64,000 bases of DNA from Alphaproteobacteria bacterium. GTDB taxonomy: Bacteria; Pseudomonadota; Alphaproteobacteria; RF32; CAG-239. Within the stretch, counting starts at the first letter, position 1, and every line of letters begins with the position of its first letter. Below the pieces are notes generated by a model that saw only the letters and a program-made list of their open reading frames with translations, searched no databases and was not told where the DNA came from. The stretch covers positions 688 through 64,687 of the forward strand of contig JAEEYV010000046.1 in assembly GCA_016288295.1 (NCBI GenBank), written 5' to 3'. The translations under genes and the position numbers were made by a program. Below are positions 19,681 to 29,572 of the stretch, piece by piece.

Positions 19681-20862
19681 ATGAGTCTAAAAAGTAGAAT
19701 TTTGGCCCTGACAGCAGCGTTAGGTATGTACGGAGGTGCTGCTTCTGCGCAGGAAGCCCCAAGGGACGATGATGCCGGAGCCAAAAACAAACAAACCGAG
19801 ATGACTACCACTCCGAAAAAACAGAGTGTCGATGTGTATGGCTTCTCTCAAGAACAAATAGAAAACAATCAAAAACTCTGGGAACACATAAAAAATAATC
19901 CAGATGCTCGGAAAAGGTTTTTAGATGCTTATGACAACAACTTTGAGGCTCATAAAGACAGTATTATGGCTGTTCGTTGGCAGAAGTTCAATAATGCTAA
20001 AGAATACATCGCTAATCTCATAGCTCAATTTGAGCATTTCCGCCCCCGTGCATACTGGGACCCTAAAGGTAAATGCTGGACGGTTGGCTATGGTAATACA
20101 ATCATGCCTGATGGTTCTAGAGTGACAGCTGCTTGTGTTATCACAACACCTGAACAAGGACTTAGTATGTTGTTGGGACACGTTGAAAAAGATGCTAACC
20201 GTATCCTTGAGCATATTCCTTTGGAACTCGCAAAATGTGATCAGGAAGTAGCAGCTATTTTTAGTGGATGTTACAATTTTGGTACAGGTCCGTTTGTCGG
20301 TAAAGATGGAAAACGTACTACCCTTACAGAAGATGCAATTTGCTTCTTTTCTCTAAGAACTGAAGGTGCCAAAGAAGCCTTTGCTGAAAGATTTAGAGCG
20401 CATTGTAAATCCAGTGGAAAAAGAGAGCAAGTTTTGTATAATCGTCGTTGCTTTGAGGAAGGACTTTTGGGATATATAGATCAAACAGGTGATTTTGTTA
20501 TTTGTACAGTGCCTCTGGAACAACTTAAATATAGCCAATTGGGATCGGTCTATGCAGCCAAGGGTGATCCATCTCTAATGGCTTCAATTTACCAGGATAA
20601 GTATTGCGGAGAAGGTGGAATGCGTCGTGCCGTTAATGAGCAATTATCTCAAATGGATAGACGTCATACATACGCTGCATCTAAACAAAGTGTTCGTAAG
20701 GCACAAGCAAAAGCTGAAAAATACGCTGCTAAGAAGAAAAACAAGTCTTCAGGGGCTAAATCTACAGCTAAGACGGGGAGTAAAGCTTCCAAACCAACAA
20801 ATAGCTCTGCGCCAAAATCTAAAATGCGTACTCAGGCTCGAGGTGGCAGGGGCGGAAGATAA
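19681..20862 (+). CDS. secreted GH24 (phage-type) lysozyme-like protein with polybasic C-terminal tail
   Basis: Signal peptide; W.VGYGNT and AIFSGCYNFG motifs; C-terminal K/R/S-rich tail ending RGGRGGR. Confidence 0.6.
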   Translation: MSLKSRILALTAALGMYGGAASAQEAPRDDDAGAKNKQTEMTTTPKKQSVDVYGFSQEQIENNQKLWEHIKNNPDARKRFLDAYDNNFEAHKDSIMAVRWQKFNNAKEYIANLIAQFEHFRPRAYWDPKGKCWTVGYGNTIMPDGSRVTAACVITTPEQGLSMLLGHVEKDANRILEHIPLELAKCDQEVAAIFSGCYNFGTGPFVGKDGKRTTLTEDAICFFSLRTEGAKEAFAERFRAHCKSSGKREQVLYNRRCFEEGLLGYIDQTGDFVICTVPLEQLKYSQLGSVYAAKGDPSLMASIYQDKYCGEGGMRRAVNEQLSQMDRRHTYAASKQSVRKAQAKAEKYAAKKKNKSSGAKSTAKTGSKASKPTNSSAPKSKMRTQARGGRGGR

Positions 20863-20905
20863 TCCTAGAAATTATCTGCCTTCATACTTTAAAGGCATAT
20901 CATTA

Positions 20906-20938
20906 CAAAAAAATCCCCTCAATTTGAGGGGATTTTTA
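20906..20938. terminator. bidirectional rho-independent terminator
   Basis: A-run, hairpin tcccctcaatttgagggga, T-run between convergent genes. Confidence 0.75.
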
Positions 20939-20959
20939 ATTTTGCTTCTAAAATATGAA

Positions 20960-21766
20960 TTAGAACAATACTTTCAGCTGAGCGCCGATTGTATATTCAT
21001 ATTTTGTATTGATTTCAGAATCATCACCACCGAGGTAGTAATCACCATGGATGCCCAAAGCAACATTGTCTGTCAAGAAGTAGTCAGCTTCCAACTGCCA
21101 GAAATATTGTTCTGTGCTGTCATTGTGGAAATAATTTCCAATCTTTCCATCATGGTCATATTCATAGCGCAGACCAGTATCAACAGCAAATTTGTCAAAT
21201 GTCTTATGAACACCGGCAAAAGCAGAATAGTTGATAGGTCTGTGATGTTCATCAATTACAGTATCGGCTGTCAACATAGCATAAGGTGTCCAACCATTAC
21301 CCATGTCATATCCGACTTGAACTTCTGCTTCAATCATTTTGCTCCAATCAGAGCTTACACCTTTATGTCCTGTCCAACTTGCAGGTTGAAATGTTTGATA
21401 GCTCAAACCTGCCTGTGTCAAAACTCTACCAAAATTGTGGTTGTATTTAGCACCAACTTCATAAGCAAAGTTGTGATCATTGTTGAAATATTTCTGATTA
21501 GAGAATTCGCCACCGTCAAATGCATTAACAATTGCACCGAAAATTGACAAGTTGTCTGTAACACCATAGGTCAATTCCTCACCGGCAACCAATATTTTAT
21601 CAATACCTGCGTATTTATCCTTAAGACGACCATGTTCAATACTTGTATTAGACAAGAGTTCGCCTTGAGAAGGCAAGAACAAAGAACCGGTAAAATCTTT
21701 TGCATTAGCAACGCCGGCAATCATTGTTACGGCAGCTGTAGTTAAAAGCATAGTTTTAAAGTTCAT
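20960..21766 (-). CDS. outer-membrane beta-barrel protein (porin/Omp-like)
   Basis: Signal peptide ending ANA; alternating amphipathic strands rich in Y/G/D; C-terminal aromatic residue (..LKVLF). Confidence 0.6.
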   Translation of the reverse strand: MNFKTMLLTTAAVTMIAGVANAKDFTGSLFLPSQGELLSNTSIEHGRLKDKYAGIDKILVAGEELTYGVTDNLSIFGAIVNAFDGGEFSNQKYFNNDHNFAYEVGAKYNHNFGRVLTQAGLSYQTFQPASWTGHKGVSSDWSKMIEAEVQVGYDMGNGWTPYAMLTADTVIDEHHRPINYSAFAGVHKTFDKFAVDTGLRYEYDHDGKIGNYFHNDSTEQYFWQLEADYFLTDNVALGIHGDYYLGGDDSEINTKYEYTIGAQLKVLF

Positions 21767-22005
21767 GAGATATCTCCTTTAAATAGTTTACTCACCGAAA
21801 TTTCATATTTCGGATGTCCACATCCTAGACCTATATTTCTTAATAAACAATTAAAGACTGTTTTAAGCCCGGTAACAATATATTGCAAATAAGAAACATT
21901 CAATTATGAGTCTTTGTTTTTGTAGCATTGCATAACACAAATTATACTTGCCGAGTGCCATGATTTCGTTTAATCTTAATCAAAGTTTATTACAAAGGAT
22001 TGCAC

Positions 22006-22653
22006 ATGATTGCTAAATTGAGGGGAATTATCGACAGCTTTGGTGACGATAGCGCGATTATTGATGTCAATGGTGTCGGCTATTTGGTTTATGTTTCTGC
22101 CCGTACCTTGTCGCGCCTGGTTAAAGGTGCCGAGGCGGTATTGTTTGTTGAAACCGTTGTGCGGGAAGACAGCATCAGTCTTTATGGTTTTGCCTCCGCT
22201 TTAGAAAAAGAGTGGTTTTTAACCCTGACCAAAGTGCAGGGTGTAGGTGCTAAAGTTTGCTTGAGTATTTTGTCGGTCTTAACTCCAACGCAGTTGGCAC
22301 AGGCAATATCCGCACAGGACAAAGCTTCTTTTTCCCGCGCTAATGGTGTCGGTCCCAAACTTGCCGCTCGCATTGTTACCGAATTAAACGGCAAAATGGT
22401 CGGTCTGCCTATCGGAGCTGACACTGCCGACTATGCCGCAGCACTTGAAGACAAAGAAAACGTTGCTGCTCCGAGTGTTGCCGAAATTCCGCAAAGTAAT
22501 GTTGAAGATGCCATTTCCGCACTTACCAACCTCGGATATCAACGCATTGATGCCTATCGCGTGGTTAATATTGCTGCCGGCAAAAATCCCGATGCTGATG
22601 TTTCAACCTTAATTAAATTGGCGCTTAAAGAATTCGCCTCAAAGGAGCTGTAA
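22006..22653 (+). CDS. ruvA: Holliday junction branch migration protein RuvA
   Basis: MIAKLRG..DSAIIDVNGVGY N-terminus; RBS aaagga 6 nt upstream; the ORF track start at 22000 is a TTG extension. Confidence 0.9.
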   Translation: MIAKLRGIIDSFGDDSAIIDVNGVGYLVYVSARTLSRLVKGAEAVLFVETVVREDSISLYGFASALEKEWFLTLTKVQGVGAKVCLSILSVLTPTQLAQAISAQDKASFSRANGVGPKLAARIVTELNGKMVGLPIGADTADYAAALEDKENVAAPSVAEIPQSNVEDAISALTNLGYQRIDAYRVVNIAAGKNPDADVSTLIKLALKEFASKEL

Positions 22654-22656
22654 AAC

Positions 22657-23706
22657 ATGGAACAACGAATTGTAACCCCCAAAGCCCTGCCTGAAGACGA
22701 AAACATCGTCAATGCACCGATTAATTTGCGCCCGAATGCCTTAAGTGAGTTTGTCGGTCAGCGTCAGGTCTGTGAAAATCTTAAAATCTTTATTGAAGCC
22801 GCCAAAAAACGCCACGAGGCTCTGGATCACGTCTTGCTTTTCGGCCCTCCGGGATTAGGCAAAACCACGCTGGCTTCAATCATAGCCAAAGAATTGGGAG
22901 TAAACTTTAAAGCCACATCGGCTCCGATGATTTCAAAATCCGGAGATTTGGCGGCGATTCTCACCAATCTTGAAGCCAATGATGTCTTGTTTATTGATGA
23001 AATCCACCGTCTTAATCCTGCAATTGAAGAAGTTCTTTATTCAGCAATGGAAGACTTTCAGCTCGATTTGATTATCGGTGAAGGACCATCAGCCCGTTCG
23101 GTAAAAATTGATTTGCAGCCGTTCACGTTGGTCGGTGCAACCACCCGTTCCGGTCTGCTTTCTACCCCGTTGCGCGAGCGTTTTGGTATTCCGTTGCGGT
23201 TAGATTTTTATTCTCCTGAAGATCTGCAAAAAATAGTTTTGCGTGGTGCTCGTTTGCTTAATGTTCCGATGACCGACGAGGGAGCACACGAAATTGCCAG
23301 TCGTTCTCGCGGCACCCCTCGTGTTGCTGGACGTTTGTTGCGTCGTGTTCGTGATTTTGGAGAGGTTGCTTCCGGCGGTAACATCGGCAGAGATATAGCC
23401 GATGAGGCCTTGCAACGACTTAATGTTGACAAACTCGGACTTGATGCCTTTGACAAACGCTATCTTACTTGCATTGCCAAAAATTATGGCGGAGGTCCAG
23501 TCGGCGCCGATACCTTGGCTGCCGCTCTATCAGAAGAACGCGATACCATTGAAGAAGTTATTGAGCCGTTTTTATTAAAACTCGGATTTTTGCAGCGCAC
23601 ACCACGCGGACGTGTCATTTCTGATTTGGGATGTGAATACTTAGGTATCCCAAAACTTCGCAAAAATGTAAAGCAATTCAACGAACAAGACGATTTGTTT
23701 GATTAA
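22657..23706 (+). CDS. ruvB: Holliday junction helicase RuvB
   Basis: AAA+ motifs [19 protein letters not shown]. Confidence 0.95.
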   Translation: MEQRIVTPKALPEDENIVNAPINLRPNALSEFVGQRQVCENLKIFIEAAKKRHEALDHVLLFGPPGLGKTTLASIIAKELGVNFKATSAPMISKSGDLAAILTNLEANDVLFIDEIHRLNPAIEEVLYSAMEDFQLDLIIGEGPSARSVKIDLQPFTLVGATTRSGLLSTPLRERFGIPLRLDFYSPEDLQKIVLRGARLLNVPMTDEGAHEIASRSRGTPRVAGRLLRRVRDFGEVASGGNIGRDIADEALQRLNVDKLGLDAFDKRYLTCIAKNYGGGPVGADTLAAALSEERDTIEEVIEPFLLKLGFLQRTPRGRVISDLGCEYLGIPKLRKNVKQFNEQDDLFD

Positions 23707-23716
23707 GGAGATTAAT

Positions 23717-24154
23717 ATGTCACAGATAACACCTCCGCAAGGTCGATTTGTTGATGATGTCTTTTATTTTCCGGCTCGGGTTTATTATGAGGATACCGAT
23801 GCCGGTGGTATAGTTTACTATGCAAATTATTTAAAATTTGCCGAACGTGCTCGTACCGAATTTTTGCGTGCATTGAACTTTAATCAACAACAAGGGCTTG
23901 AAGCCGATATTTGTGCAGGTTTCGTGGTTCGTCATTGCGAGATTGATTATCGCTCTCCGGCCGTACTTGACGATTCGCTGATTATTTCTTGCCAAATCAT
24001 TGAGATAGGCGGGGCATCTTGCACCATACATCAGGAAATTATGCGTGATGATAAAGCAATTGTTGTTTTAGATGTCAAAGTCGTTTATGTCAGCCTAAAA
24101 AACAAGCGTCCGGTTCGTATTCCGCCGGAACTTAAATCTCGGTTTCAAAAATAA
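23717..24154 (+). CDS. ybgC: tol-pal associated acyl-CoA thioesterase
   Basis: Hotdog-fold 4HBT thioesterase, position between ruvB and tolQ. Confidence 0.8.
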   Translation: MSQITPPQGRFVDDVFYFPARVYYEDTDAGGIVYYANYLKFAERARTEFLRALNFNQQQGLEADICAGFVVRHCEIDYRSPAVLDDSLIISCQIIEIGGASCTIHQEIMRDDKAIVVLDVKVVYVSLKNKRPVRIPPELKSRFQK

Positions 24155-24254
24155 TAATTTTTTTGCTAAAAATCAGTATAAATTAATTGATTCTTTAGGA
24201 ATTTAGTGTAGCTTACACTAAAATATTGCTCTTATATAAACTAATGAGGTAAAA

Positions 24255-24998
24255 ATGGATACACAAACTTTAGCAGATGTTGCTGACGGCAGCTCAATGT
24301 CAATGTGGAGCATGGTCTGGAGTTCGGACACTGTTACCAAAGTCGTAATGATTGGCCTTATTTTGGCTTCTGTCTGGTCGTGGGCTATCATCATTGATAA
24401 ACTTGCCACCTTGCGTGACGTAAAACAGCGTTCTCGCAGTTTTGAATCAAAGTTTTGGTCTGGTGGTTCTCTTGATAAACTCTATGATAGTATTGGTAAT
24501 CGTCCAGCTGATCCTATGTCAGCTATGTTTATGGCCGCTATGCGTGAATGGAAACGTACCAACATTATGAAATCTAAGACCGATCGCGGTTTGCGCGGTG
24601 TTTCCCTCCAACAACGTATTGAAAAAGCTATGGCGGTCTCAATGGATAAAGAAATCGACGGCCTTGATACCCGTATGGGCTTTTTAGCATCAACCGGTTC
24701 AGTTGCACCATTGGTCGGTTTGTTTGGTACTGTGTGGGGTATCATTAACAGTTTTAATGCTATTGCTGCTACTCAAAGCAACTCTTTGTCAGCAATTGCC
24801 CCCGGTATTGCTGAAGCTTTGTTTACAACAGCTTTCGGTTTGATTGCGGCGATTCCTGCAGTTGTTGCATACAACAAAATTTCTTCCGATATTGATCGTT
24901 ATGCCAATCGTCTGGAAAATTTTGCTGCAGAATTTTCAAGCATTCTTTCTCGTGAAATTGATGACACAACAATCAGAGCCGATATGGCAGGTGAATAA
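24255..24998 (+). CDS. tolQ: Tol-Pal system protein TolQ
   Basis: MotA/TolQ/ExbB family, 3 TM. Confidence 0.9.
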   Translation: MDTQTLADVADGSSMSMWSMVWSSDTVTKVVMIGLILASVWSWAIIIDKLATLRDVKQRSRSFESKFWSGGSLDKLYDSIGNRPADPMSAMFMAAMREWKRTNIMKSKTDRGLRGVSLQQRIEKAMAVSMDKEIDGLDTRMGFLASTGSVAPLVGLFGTVWGIINSFNAIAATQSNSLSAIAPGIAEALFTTAFGLIAAIPAVVAYNKISSDIDRYANRLENFAAEFSSILSREIDDTTIRADMAGE

Positions 24999-25000
24999 TA

Positions 25001-25450
25001 ATGGTTCAATTAAACACAAAAATTCGATCTTCTCGTCGTTCCAGTCGCCGCAATGCTGACATTAATATCACAAACCTCATGGACGTTATGATGGTGTTGC
25101 TGGTAGTGTTTATGGTTGCGGCACCGCTCATGACTTCGGGCATTGCTTTGGATCTGCCGAAAGTAGGAGGTAAAAACCTTACCGGTAAAGAAACATCACT
25201 CAACATCAGCGTTGATGAAAATGGTTATTATTACATTGGCAAAGAAGAAATTCCCGCTGACGAAATTGTTGCCAAAGTACAAGCCGTACGTGATGCCAAC
25301 CCAGAAATTAGTGTTATTATTTCTGGTGATACCGATGCTCAATATGGGCGTGTATTAGGACTTATGGCTTTATTAAAAAATGCCGGTTTTGAAAGAGTAG
25401 GATTAAAAACCGATCCGGCCCCAAATCAGTCAACTAAAGAAAAGAAGTAA
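25001..25450 (+). CDS. tolR: Tol-Pal system protein TolR
   Basis: ExbD/TolR family. Confidence 0.9.
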   Translation: MVQLNTKIRSSRRSSRRNADINITNLMDVMMVLLVVFMVAAPLMTSGIALDLPKVGGKNLTGKETSLNISVDENGYYYIGKEEIPADEIVAKVQAVRDANPEISVIISGDTDAQYGRVLGLMALLKNAGFERVGLKTDPAPNQSTKEKK

Positions 25451-25456
25451 CTAACT

Positions 25457-26413
25457 GTGAGAAAGTCGTCTATATATAAATCTTTAGCTTTGCACGGAAT
25501 CGCACTCTTGTTAGTGACGGTTGATATGTCGTGGCTGTGGCGCAAAGATATGACGCTTGATCAAGTTCCGATTATTGTTGATTTAAATGATGTAAAAATT
25601 TCTGAAATAACCAATCTTCCGACCAAGGCTGAATTCGCAGAAAAGGATAGCCCTGCTACGCGTGAAAAAATCGAAGAGATACATGCCAAGGATGAAACGC
25701 CTCCTCAGGAGATGAAGCCTAATGAAGCAGATGACAATCATGATACCGAAGAAGTTCCTGAAGATGAAACTCCGGTCGAGCCTAAACAAGACTTTATAGT
25801 TCCTCCTCAACCGAGCAAGCCTAAACTTCCGGAGAAAAAGCCAGAGCCTAAACGTCCGACACCTCCGCCACAACCCAAAAAACCGACCCCGCCCAAGAAA
25901 ACTCCTGAGCCTAAAAAGCCTGCGCCGAAAAATCAGCCGGTACTTGACAATCCATTGAAAGATTTGCTGGCTTCGGTTGACAATATGGAGAAAAAACTCG
26001 GTGAGCAAACAGCTAATGCTACCATAAAAGAAGGTACACAAGTTAACAATATGGGTATCGCCGGTGGAGTAGGTGGATCATACTTTAGCGACTTGTCAAT
26101 ATCAGAAGCCGACGCAATAGCCGGTCGTCTTCGTGCATGTTGGAATCTTGACCCCGGTGCAATGGGTATTGAAAATATGATTATTGAAATCAGAGCTCAC
26201 CTGAACAAGGATGGTACGGTTCGTGATGTCGATATTTTAGATAAAGGACGTTATAACAGCGACAGACATTTCCATTCAGTTGCCGATAGCGCTCGTCGTG
26301 CGGTCTATGTATGCCAACCGTATAACATATTAGCTGAAAAATATCCGCATAAATATGATATGTGGAAGACCATGCTGCTGCGCTTTAACCCAATGAGTCA
26401 CACCATTAATTAG
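25457..26413 (+). CDS. tolA: TolA-like protein
   Basis: GTG start; N-terminal TM, Pro/Lys/Glu-rich linker, TolA/TonB-like C-terminal domain. Confidence 0.7.
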   Translation: MRKSSIYKSLALHGIALLLVTVDMSWLWRKDMTLDQVPIIVDLNDVKISEITNLPTKAEFAEKDSPATREKIEEIHAKDETPPQEMKPNEADDNHDTEEVPEDETPVEPKQDFIVPPQPSKPKLPEKKPEPKRPTPPPQPKKPTPPKKTPEPKKPAPKNQPVLDNPLKDLLASVDNMEKKLGEQTANATIKEGTQVNNMGIAGGVGGSYFSDLSISEADAIAGRLRACWNLDPGAMGIENMIIEIRAHLNKDGTVRDVDILDKGRYNSDRHFHSVADSARRAVYVCQPYNILAEKYPHKYDMWKTMLLRFNPMSHTIN

Positions 26414-26425
26414 CAGGAAAATAAA

Positions 26426-27157
26426 ATGGCAGAAGGAAATAATACAATTTCACTCAAACGACTTTTCATGAACTCAATGCGTTATTGTGTGCGCAAGTGG
26501 CACGAGTTGTCGCTGTTTACAATAGTTCACGTCGTTTTGCTTATCATCGGTTTCAAGTTTATTAATGGCTGGCACGACAAACTGTTTTTATTATGGATTA
26601 TTCCATATTACGCATATTGGTGTTATTTTTTCCGTTTTTATTTTGATCGTAAACCTTATTTAATGACCAAAAAAATTTTTGATACCTTATTGCCGTCAAC
26701 TCGTATTTTGGTATTGAGTTTGGTCATCATTATATTACTTGCCTTTATTCCGTTGGCTATACCGTTTGTCAGTGGCAACAGTCCCTGGGTTGACAGCTAT
26801 ATTGACCATCTGCAAAAATATATTGATGATACCCAGACGATGAGCGTGGTTATTGCGGTTATTATGATGATTATCTCTCCGTTTATATTCTTCCGTCCGA
26901 TGATGGCTTGGATTGGTTCGCTCATTGGCCGCAGCAGTCGCATATCAACAGCTTTTACCAGAACAAAAGGTAACTATCTGCAGTTTTTATCGCTTGCAAT
27001 AATATTTATTTCACTAGATGTGCTGATTGAATACATTGATTATAAATTTTCTTTTGGAAAATGGCTTATTATGTTCTTCGGTTCATTTCTTGCGATTATA
27101 ATGAATGTAGTCCTGGCTAAAGCCTACGAGTACTTTTTTCTGGAGATAGATAAATGA
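26426..27157 (+). CDS. hypothetical polytopic membrane protein (243 aa)
   Basis: ~6 TM; co-directional with tolQRA and immediately downstream of it. Confidence 0.5.
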   Translation: MAEGNNTISLKRLFMNSMRYCVRKWHELSLFTIVHVVLLIIGFKFINGWHDKLFLLWIIPYYAYWCYFFRFYFDRKPYLMTKKIFDTLLPSTRILVLSLVIIILLAFIPLAIPFVSGNSPWVDSYIDHLQKYIDDTQTMSVVIAVIMMIISPFIFFRPMMAWIGSLIGRSSRISTAFTRTKGNYLQFLSLAIIFISLDVLIEYIDYKFSFGKWLIMFFGSFLAIIMNVVLAKAYEYFFLEIDK

Positions 27158-27837
27158 AAAAGAAAATAATCGATAATCTTTTTAATCTGTTTTGTATTTG
27201 GAATATTTTCTATATTCTGATTTTGCTTTACAGCCTTATCGATGAATATTTCTTAGACCATTTTTTCTATTGGGGATACCCTCAATGGGGACGTTTATAT
27301 TCCTCTCCGCGTTTTTTTCTTTGGTTTAACATCATTTTTATTTTGCTTCTGTCAGGCACAATGTTTATTGCCTGGAAAAAACGTCATCTAAATTTTCGCC
27401 ACAGTGTGATAATGGTTTTAGCAGTTGCCGTAATTTCAATAGCCAATATGCATGTTTCTGAATATAATCGCTATCATCAGTTCAAAATTTTTGAAGCCGA
27501 ACGTGGCAAAGACAGCAGTCGCATTCCTGGTGGAATATGGTTAGTCAGCCCTAAAACATTACAAAGCTATGCGGATCAGGGGCTGATGAATAAGATAAAA
27601 GGCTGGTGGGGCAGAGGTGATTGGCCCGGTGGTATTGATATTTGGGGAGAATATCGTATATGGTTAATTCCTCATGCTGATACTGATACCAAAAACCGCC
27701 GTGGTTTGGTTATACATGGCGGTGACACACGCAGTTCTCCATGGGGCATTGATATGGGACCTGAGATAGTAGGATTTGCTCAACGCCTGCAAGCCAGCGA
27801 TACTCCGTTGGAATTAGAAATCGACTACAACGACTAA
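27154..27837 (+). CDS. hypothetical membrane-anchored protein (227 aa)
   Basis: ATGA overlap with upstream gene; N-terminal TMs; C-terminal motif RGLVIHGGDTRSSPWGIDMG resembling the IHGG...S.GCI motif of DUF2778/L,D-transpeptidase-like folds but lacking the Cys. Confidence 0.45.
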   Translation: MKKKIIDNLFNLFCIWNIFYILILLYSLIDEYFLDHFFYWGYPQWGRLYSSPRFFLWFNIIFILLLSGTMFIAWKKRHLNFRHSVIMVLAVAVISIANMHVSEYNRYHQFKIFEAERGKDSSRIPGGIWLVSPKTLQSYADQGLMNKIKGWWGRGDWPGGIDIWGEYRIWLIPHADTDTKNRRGLVIHGGDTRSSPWGIDMGPEIVGFAQRLQASDTPLELEIDYND

Positions 27838-28538
27838 TAAATTACCTTGCAAATTGCATTTATTTTACCAAGGCATTTTAGCTTGCTGAAATCCTTTATT
27901 TCTATAGGCGGATATAGGGAATTATCTGATACTATACGTGCGGTATTTTCAAATTCATTAAAGACCAAACGTTTAATAAACAACTCTCCGTGCAAATCAA
28001 ACAAGAACAACCCATCATGATTTGGTTTTGTAACTGATGTATCGACTAAAACAACATCTCTGTCATTTATTGTTGGGCTCATAGCATCACCGCTGGCAAT
28101 AACCAGTTTTAGCTTTTTTCCTTTAAGCATAGGAGTGAGCTTTATAATATCGTCGGAAAAAGGTTGTTGAGCAAGAGGTGGAGCTTTAAGCCCACGTCCT
28201 TTAGCATTGGAAGCATCTACAACATCAACAAAAGTTATTTTTGATTGCTCAACTTCCTGTGGTAATTTACTGGCTTTTTCGGGAATTTTATTTGAAAAGT
28301 TAGAATTATACTTAGTCAGATCTTCAAGATTAAGATTAAAAAAACGTGCGGCCAGAAACACTTTATCTACAGGCAAGTCTCTTTTTCCGCACAACAATTC
28401 GGAAATACGTGTTTTTTTCCATTGTAAAGCTTCAGCTGCCTCGCCCTGGCTGATATTGTTCTGCTTCATATATTTTCGCAACCATTCCCACTTATTCATT
28501 TTATTACCTTTAGTGTTAAGTATACAAACCGATAACAA
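27834..28538 (-). CDS. phage repressor (cI/LexA-like)
   Basis: N-terminal XRE-type HTH, C-terminal S24 peptidase motif GDAMSP..VLVD. Confidence 0.85.
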   Translation of the reverse strand: MLSVCILNTKGNKMNKWEWLRKYMKQNNISQGEAAEALQWKKTRISELLCGKRDLPVDKVFLAARFFNLNLEDLTKYNSNFSNKIPEKASKLPQEVEQSKITFVDVVDASNAKGRGLKAPPLAQQPFSDDIIKLTPMLKGKKLKLVIASGDAMSPTINDRDVVLVDTSVTKPNHDGLFLFDLHGELFIKRLVFNEFENTARIVSDNSLYPPIEIKDFSKLKCLGKINAICKVIY

Positions 28539-28644
28539 ATATAAGACAATCCCTGCCTAAAAGCAAGAAAAAGTTACAATTTTTGTAAAAAACAAGTGTA
28601 TATTTACCAAAAGTGTATTGACTTGTTTTACATAAAATGTATCT
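28539..28644. promoter_or_regulatory. divergent repressor / early-gene control region
   Basis: Palindrome TTACAAtttTTGTAA (28575-28589), direct repeats aagtgtat(a/t), -35 ttgact, RBS ggagg before ATG 28645. Confidence 0.5.
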
Positions 28645-29157
28645 TTGGCGTTGGAGGTAGCAATGAATACAGAGACAGAATATACAAATAAACAGAAACT
28701 TGAATCGCAAGGCTTTATCCGAACACGACACGGCGTTTATAAACTAACAGCTCTAGAACAGATTTATCGCAAGGGCTGTCTTGAATATAGTGAAACCACC
28801 TACGGTGGCCAAGATCGACTTCGTGCAGGAGAAAAACTTTCCTCTGATTATGAAAAATCACATTTTTCGACAGTAAATTCGGGGTGGCAAAATGATAAGA
28901 TAGATTCAGGTCATTACAAATTATATGATTCAGACGTGAATTATATTCGTAGTCGCTATTTAACGGCAGTACGTTCCATTCCTCGAGAATTTTGGCCTGC
29001 AGTTCGCCAGATCTGTATAGAAAATAAAATTCCTAATTTTGAAAAAGAAACATCCTCTCGAAAACGAACTCAATACAGATATTTGTGGTATTGTGACTTG
29101 TGTAGGGGGTTGGATCGTCTGATTGATCATTATCGTCGTCATAAAATTCATATATAG
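28645..29157 (+). CDS. hypothetical phage early protein (170 aa)
   Basis: First gene divergent from repressor; Cys pairs near C-terminus (CDLC) may bind zinc. Confidence 0.45.
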   Translation: MALEVAMNTETEYTNKQKLESQGFIRTRHGVYKLTALEQIYRKGCLEYSETTYGGQDRLRAGEKLSSDYEKSHFSTVNSGWQNDKIDSGHYKLYDSDVNYIRSRYLTAVRSIPREFWPAVRQICIENKIPNFEKETSSRKRTQYRYLWYCDLCRGLDRLIDHYRRHKIHI

Positions 29158-29257
29158 AAACATAAAATATTATATATTTATTGACATTCATTTATTAATT
29201 GTGTAACAATATAAAAAACAATCTATAATTGTAAAAAGTCTTTAGGGGTTTATAAAC

Positions 29258-29572
29258 ATGACCAGACATCTTATCACAAGTTCATTGAATAATATTTCAC
29301 CACAAATAGCACGAGATAATCTGCAATTAATTATTGAAAAGCTGGCTAATTCAGACTTAAACAATTTACAAACAATATATTTGTATAATATATTATATAG
29401 TATACATCAAATTTTGATTAGATACGAAACCTTGTGCCGAGAGGTTATTTTTGCAACCGAATTTGATGACGATTCAGAAAAAATGCGCAAACATATAACC
29501 AGTCTTTGTAAAAATGCGCTTTATCAAAATTTACAAGTTATTCAGATAAGCCATGATAATATTAATGTTTAA
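29258..29572 (+). CDS. hypothetical phage protein (104 aa)
   Basis: ORF with RBS; no family recognised. Confidence 0.4.
   Translation: MTRHLITSSLNNISPQIARDNLQLIIEKLANSDLNNLQTIYLYNILYSIHQILIRYETLCREVIFATEFDDDSEKMRKHITSLCKNALYQNLQVIQISHDNINV

Noticed and set aside
20615-21547. 310-aa ORF on the + strand
   Set aside because: It is antisense to the 20960-21766 gene. That minus-strand product has a clean signal peptide, beta-barrel periodicity and a C-terminal aromatic residue, and the plus ORF is low-complexity. It is a shadow ORF.
22000-22005. TTG start two codons upstream of ruvA ATG
   Set aside because: The ATG at 22006 has better SD spacing (aaagga, 6 nt) and gives the conserved MIAKLRG N-terminus.
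25583-26041. 152-aa ORF on the - strand inside tolA
   Set aside because: It is produced by the repetitive Pro/Lys/Glu-coding linker of tolA read in antisense (R/F/L-rich nonsense) and has no start context.
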